From NCBI RefSeq assembly GCF_017348835.2, contig NZ_CP071375.1: 64,000 bases of DNA. One strand, given 5' to 3'. This document shows positions 59,547 through 64,000 of this stretch, in pieces. The first letter of the stretch is position 1; each line of letters starts with the position of its first letter. A model generated the notes under the pieces. The model saw only the letters and a list, made by a program, of their open reading frames with translations, had not been told where the DNA came from and did not search any database. The stretch is from Escherichia coli. GTDB lineage: Bacteria > Pseudomonadota > Gammaproteobacteria > Enterobacterales > Enterobacteriaceae. Made by a program: the position numbers and the translations under genes.

Positions 59547-60476
59547 ATGCCGATTCGTGTGCCGGACGAGCTGCCCGCCGTCAATTTCTTGCGTGAAGAA
59601 AACGTCTTTGTGATGACAACTTCTCGTGCGTCTGGTCAGGAAATTCGTCCACTTAAGGTTCTGATCCTTAACCTGATGCCGAAGAAGATTGAAACTGAAA
59701 ATCAATTTCTGCGCCTGCTTTCAAACTCACCTTTGCAGGTCGATATTCAGCTGTTGCGCATCGATTCCCGTGAATCGCGCAACACGCCCGCAGAGCATCT
59801 GAACAACTTCTACTGTAACTTTGAAGATATTCAGGAACAGAACTTTGACGGTCTGATTGTAACCGGTGCGCCGCTGGGCCTGGTGGAGTTTAATGATGTC
59901 GCTTACTGGCCGCAGATCAAACAGGTGCTGGAGTGGTCGAAAGATCACGTCACCTCGACGCTGTTTGTCTGCTGGGCGGTACAGGCCGCGCTCAATATCC
60001 TCTACGGCATTCCTAAGCAAACTCGCACCGACAAACTCTCTGGCGTTTACGAGCATCATATTCTCCATCCTCATGCGCTTCTGACGCGTGGCTTTGATGA
60101 TTCATTCCTGGCACCACATTCGCGCTATGCTGACTTTCCGGCAGCGTTGATTCGTGATTATACCGATCTGGAAATTCTGGCAGAGACAGAAGAAGGAGAT
60201 GCGTATCTGTTTGCCAGCAAAGACAAGCGTATCGCCTTTGTGACGGGGCATCCGGAATACGACGCACATACGCTGGCGCAGGAATATTTCCGCGATGAGG
60301 AAGCCGGACTAAAACCGGATGTACCGTATAACTATTTTCCGCACAACGATCCGCAAAACAAACCGCGAGCGAGCTGGCGTAGTCACGGTAATTTGCTATT
60401 TACCAACTGGCTCAACTATTACGTCTACCAGATCACGCCATACGATCTGCGCCGTATGAATCCAACGCTGGATTAA
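59547..60476 (+). CDS. metA: homoserine O-succinyltransferase (309 aa)
   Basis: [45 protein letters not shown]. Confidence 0.95.
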   Translation: MPIRVPDELPAVNFLREENVFVMTTSRASGQEIRPLKVLILNLMPKKIETENQFLRLLSNSPLQVDIQLLRIDSRESRNTPAEHLNNFYCNFEDIQEQNFDGLIVTGAPLGLVEFNDVAYWPQIKQVLEWSKDHVTSTLFVCWAVQAALNILYGIPKQTRTDKLSGVYEHHILHPHALLTRGFDDSFLAPHSRYADFPAALIRDYTDLEILAETEEGDAYLFASKDKRIAFVTGHPEYDAHTLAQEYFRDEEAGLKPDVPYNYFPHNDPQNKPRASWRSHGNLLFTNWLNYYVYQITPYDLRRMNPTLD

Positions 60477-60482
60477 TCCTTA

Positions 60483-60510
60483 CAGCTCCCGAAACTTCAT
60501 TCGGGAGCTG
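60483..60510. terminator. bidirectional terminator hairpin shared by metA and the convergent dehydratase operon
   Basis: CAGCTCCCGAA-ACTTCA-TTCGGGAGCTG, 11-bp stem. Confidence 0.8.
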
Positions 60511-60516
60511 TCTCTG

Positions 60517-61704
60517 TCAGGCCATCCGACAAGCTACTGGTGAATAATCGAAGGCTTTATAGGTCAGAACAAACTCTTTATGCCCCAGCCGCTCTGCGCT
60601 ACAAAGTTTACCGCTGCTGACTTCCTCAATGCAGTGCAACATATCGCTTGCGACATCATCAAGCGATGCACCTTCACTGATAATCCTGCCAGCATTAATA
60701 TCCATATCATCCGCCATATTGGCCCAGGTTTGTGGGTTGTTACAGACTTTAATCACTGGCGCAATTACGGAGCCGATCACTGAACCTCGTCCGGTGGTAA
60801 ACAAAATCATATGACATCCGGTAGCGATAAGTTCCATCGCTTCTGATGAGTCATTGATGTTGGGATAGCCGAAACGCGCTTCGCCGTCGGGAACCACATC
60901 CATCAGATACAGACCAGGGTAAGGGGCATGTTCTGTCGGGAGTAAAACGCCCTGAATAGGGCTATCGCCTGACTTTGTATAGGCACCCAGCGATTTTTCT
61001 TCTTGCGTGGTTAACCCGCCGACGGCGTTACCGTTAGAAAAACTGCCTAAACCCATTGTCGCGTAATAGCGTTTAGCTTTATCCATTGCTGCATCAATCG
61101 CCTCTCTGGCCGCAGGTGTCGCCGCTCGCGCCATCATGTGGCCTTCACAACCAATCAACTCGCCGCTCTCTTCAAAAATGCAGGTCGCGCCTTGTGCGAG
61201 GAGTCGATCAAACGCGCGACCTACGGCAGGATTGCCCGTAATGCCGCTGGTGCCGTCGGAACCGCCGCAAATCGTACCAATAACTAAATCACTGAACGCA
61301 ATCGGGCGAACCGCCACCTGCTTAATTTGCGCCAGCATCTCTGTGACACAAACTTTGCCCCGTTTGATGGTTTCTGTAGTTCCCTTATTTTCCTGGATAA
61401 CCAGCTTATGGCATGGGCGACCACTGGCGATGACATCTTCATAAAGTTTATCGCGATCAAAGTTTTCGCAGCCGAGGGCGATAATCAACACCGCACCAAC
61501 ATTGGGATGGGTCGCCAGTCCTTTTACCAGTCGGTAGCCGTAGTCCGTGGGGTAACAGCCGGAAAAACCAAAATACTGCACGTCTTCATTTGTGAAAGAC
61601 TCAGCGATCGCTTTGGCAACGTGGCTGGCGCATTCCACCATAAAGATGACTTGTACGCTGTTACGTATACCGACTCTGCCATCTTGTCTCATGTAACCCT
61701 GCAT
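60517..61704 (-). CDS. UxaA/GarD-family sugar-acid dehydratase, large catalytic subunit (395 aa)
   Basis: Resembles the C-terminal catalytic domain of altronate/galactarate dehydratases; start codon overlaps the stop of the upstream SAF-domain ORF. Confidence 0.75.
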   Translation of the reverse strand: MQGYMRQDGRVGIRNSVQVIFMVECASHVAKAIAESFTNEDVQYFGFSGCYPTDYGYRLVKGLATHPNVGAVLIIALGCENFDRDKLYEDVIASGRPCHKLVIQENKGTTETIKRGKVCVTEMLAQIKQVAVRPIAFSDLVIGTICGGSDGTSGITGNPAVGRAFDRLLAQGATCIFEESGELIGCEGHMMARAATPAAREAIDAAMDKAKRYYATMGLGSFSNGNAVGGLTTQEEKSLGAYTKSGDSPIQGVLLPTEHAPYPGLYLMDVVPDGEARFGYPNINDSSEAMELIATGCHMILFTTGRGSVIGSVIAPVIKVCNNPQTWANMADDMDINAGRIISEGASLDDVASDMLHCIEEVSSGKLCSAERLGHKEFVLTYKAFDYSPVACRMA

Positions 61705-62024
61705 CAGGCCTCTCCTGCTGGCTCATAGCCCGCATTATCATGGTGGAATACGGCGATATAATCGCTGTTCAGGTTATGGGAATGGATATGCTCGCCAATA
61801 GGGATAGCCTGACTGGCAGAGCCAATGCCTGCGCCATATTTACGAACTTTATCGCCCTGACATAACGTTTCGATTGCCAGCTTATGCCCAAGAGCAACGT
61901 AGCTTTGTGCCACAAATTCACCACCGTCATAGTGGACGCGATCGCCTTGCTGAATATCTTCCAGGGCGACAACGCAGTTATCGAGTTTGTGTAATAGCAG
62001 AGCGCGTTTATTCATGTTCACCAA
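61704..62024 (-). CDS. UxaA/GarD-family dehydratase small subunit, SAF-domain protein (106 aa)
   Basis: 106-aa ORF resembling the N-terminal SAF domain of UxaA-family dehydratases, immediately upstream of and coupled to the large subunit. Confidence 0.65.
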   Translation of the reverse strand: MVNMNKRALLLHKLDNCVVALEDIQQGDRVHYDGGEFVAQSYVALGHKLAIETLCQGDKVRKYGAGIGSASQAIPIGEHIHSHNLNSDYIAVFHHDNAGYEPAGEA

Positions 62025-62071
62025 CTCTCCTGGTTGTGGGGATACAGGCGACCCACAGGCCGCCCGACTGT

Positions 62072-62836
62072 TTAGAAACCGATCAGCGCGCCGCCATCGA
62101 CAATCAGAACCTGACCGCTAACGAAACCGGCAGCATCAGAAGCCAGATAGGTTGCAGCCCAGCCGATATCTTCTGGTTTGCCGAATTTTTTCATCGGTGT
62201 ACGACCAAGAATTTTATTTTTACGCTCATCGTCACCCTCAATGGCTTTGCGCAGCATTGGCGTATCAATCCAGCCCGGAGCGACGCCGTTAACGCGGATC
62301 CCTGCGCCAGAAAGTTCGGTTGCCATGCCATGAATCAGCCCGAGGTAGGCAGACTTCGCGGCAGCATAGCCGGTGACATAAGGTTGACCGAGGAACGATG
62401 TCATTGAGGCGGTAAAAAGCACACAGGCATTGCCATGCTGTTTCATATGAGGGACCAGCGAGCGAGTCAGAGCGAACGCGCCAACGACATGGACATCAAG
62501 AACCGATTCAAAATCAGCGACGCTCATCTCTTCGATCGGTTTTTTACAGTGATTTCCGGCGTTATTGACCAGAATATCGATCTGATTATGCTGGCTCAGA
62601 AGGCCGTCTACCCAACTTTCCGTCTCGTCAGTGTGGGCCACATTGAACTGGCTCCAGGATGCATTTGGCCCCAGCGACTCGGCAGCGTTTTTGGCAGCTT
62701 CGCCATTGAGATCGGCAATGATGACTTTTGCGCCACAGGCGATCATGCATTTAGCCATTGCATAGCCCAGGCCACTGGCGGAACCGGTGATCAGGGCAGT
62801 TTTATTTTCCAGTGAAAAGGGGTTATTCATCGTCAT
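62072..62836 (-). CDS. short-chain dehydrogenase/reductase (gluconate 5-dehydrogenase / KduD-like), 254 aa
   Basis: Rossmann motif TGSASGLGYA, NNAG motif, catalytic YAAAK. Confidence 0.85.
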   Translation of the reverse strand: MTMNNPFSLENKTALITGSASGLGYAMAKCMIACGAKVIIADLNGEAAKNAAESLGPNASWSQFNVAHTDETESWVDGLLSQHNQIDILVNNAGNHCKKPIEEMSVADFESVLDVHVVGAFALTRSLVPHMKQHGNACVLFTASMTSFLGQPYVTGYAAAKSAYLGLIHGMATELSGAGIRVNGVAPGWIDTPMLRKAIEGDDERKNKILGRTPMKKFGKPEDIGWAATYLASDAAGFVSGQVLIVDGGALIGF

Positions 62837-62861
62837 GATTTTTTTCTCGTCAGATAAAGGG

Positions 62862-63875
62862 TTAGAGGTCGATTAAAATTTTGGTGAATGCGCCGGGATC
62901 GGCGGCCCAGTCGCTGAACGCCCGATCGGCAGTATCAATCGGGTAGTGCGCGGAAATAATTAGCTCAATGGGGTAGCACTGCTTTTCCATTAAAGAGAGA
63001 ACTGCTCTGAAATCGGCAACGGTGGCGTTGCGGGAACCACGGATATCCAGCTCTTTCATGAGGAAGCGCGCGCTCTCATAATTCACCGGTTTTTTCGCAT
63101 AGCCGACGTACACCACGCGCCCGCAGAAGGCAGCCAGCTCGACTGCCTGCTCGATGGTTTTATCCAGGCCAATGGCTTCAATCACCACCGCAGGACCGCG
63201 GTCTTCGTTCAGTTTCGCCAGGATCTCAGCAACATTTTCGCGTGCGCTGTTGATATACCTTTCGGCACCACATGCCTTCGCTACCGCCTGCTTACGATCG
63301 TCGATATCAATGGCTACCACGCGACCGCCCATCGCGTTAGCTGCTGCAATAGCGCCAAGACCAATCACGCCGCAGCCCATAACGACGACCCATTCGCCAA
63401 CATTGATTTGCGCCCGGCGCGCAGCGTGAAGACCAACGGCTAATGGTTCGACTAACGCCAGTTCGTCACTGGAAAGGGAATTACAGACAATGACTTTATT
63501 GGCCGGAATAGACAGCAGCGGCACCATACCGCCCTGGCGCTGAACGCCAAGAGTCTGGTTGTTTTTACAGGCATTCGGGCGACCGCTCAGACAGGAACTG
63601 CAATGACCGCATTCGGTACAGGGCAGAACAACAACACGATCGCCTTCCAGAATATGTTTAACCTGGCTGCCTGTTTGCAGGATCTTGCCGCCGATTTCAT
63701 GACCGGGAATGCAAGGATACTGCGTGAGGGGATTTAGCCCGCGCCAGGTATTTAAATCTGAACCGCATAAACCAACTCGTTCAACACGAATTAATACATG
63801 GTCGGCTGGGCAATCAGGTTCGGCGATATCAATAAATCGCGTTACGGAACCTTTATCAATGGCTAACGCTTTCAT
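62862..63875 (-). CDS. Zn-dependent medium-chain dehydrogenase (sorbitol / L-idonate dehydrogenase-like), about 337 aa
   Basis: Catalytic Zn ligands (GLCGSDL...GHEIGG) and structural Zn cysteines (CTECGHCSSC); likely start MKALAIDKG at 63875, ORF-track start 63956 is an extension. Confidence 0.82.
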   Translation of the reverse strand: MKALAIDKGSVTRFIDIAEPDCPADHVLIRVERVGLCGSDLNTWRGLNPLTQYPCIPGHEIGGKILQTGSQVKHILEGDRVVVLPCTECGHCSSCLSGRPNACKNNQTLGVQRQGGMVPLLSIPANKVIVCNSLSSDELALVEPLAVGLHAARRAQINVGEWVVVMGCGVIGLGAIAAANAMGGRVVAIDIDDRKQAVAKACGAERYINSARENVAEILAKLNEDRGPAVVIEAIGLDKTIEQAVELAAFCGRVVYVGYAKKPVNYESARFLMKELDIRGSRNATVADFRAVLSLMEKQCYPIELIISAHYPIDTADRAFSDWAADPGAFTKILIDL

Positions 63876-63888
63876 ATAAAAACCTTTT

Positions 63889-64000
63889 TTAAAGTGAATC
63901 GGATGAAATAACAGAATCGGTATTTTTAATATTTCTCTTAATAGGTTTAACGCCAAAGGCTACCCCAAGAGCGCCGATTACCCCAATGGCACCCGCAAGA
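63889..64000 (-). CDS. 3' end (last 36 codons) of a membrane protein, probably the operon's transporter; 5' end outside the window
   Basis: Minus-strand frame open to the window edge, ending ...LAGAIGVIGALGVAFGVKPIKRNIKNTDSVISSDSL-stop, 14 nt upstream of the dehydrogenase start. Confidence 0.5.
   Translation of the reverse strand, partial: LAGAIGVIGALGVAFGVKPIKRNIKNTDSVISSDSL

Overview
This window is a largely conserved enterobacterial (Escherichia coli-type, but not K-12-identical) core chromosome segment running argH-oxyS-oxyR-sthA ... metA. It carries two complete rRNA operons (rrnB-like at 12.2-17.2 kb, rrnE-like at 53.4-58.4 kb), the thrU-tyrU-glyT-thrT-tufB operon, secE-nusG, the rplKAJL-rpoBC cluster, the thiCEFSGH operon, zraPSR and purHD. 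I found no CRISPR array, insertion sequence, integrase, prophage or recognisable defence/toxin system, and I do not see a convincing previously undescribed system. The parts worth a second look are three strain-variable spots: (1) a two-gene insertion between sthA and fabR, an M20-family amidohydrolase plus an MHS/MFS transporter that is split by a frameshift; (2) a sugar-acid-type catabolic operon after metA, with a two-piece UxaA/GarD-family dehydratase, an SDR oxidoreductase, a Zn-dependent dehydrogenase and the end of a membrane protein; (3) a frameshifted htrC/yjaZ. Known RNA elements are present (oxyS, the btuB cobalamin riboswitch, the thiC TPP riboswitch, the rpoBC attenuator, sigma54 promoters at zraP/zraS). 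All calls are from reading the sequence and the supplied ORF track; no database search was run. RNA and site coordinates are hand-derived and may be off by a few nucleotides.
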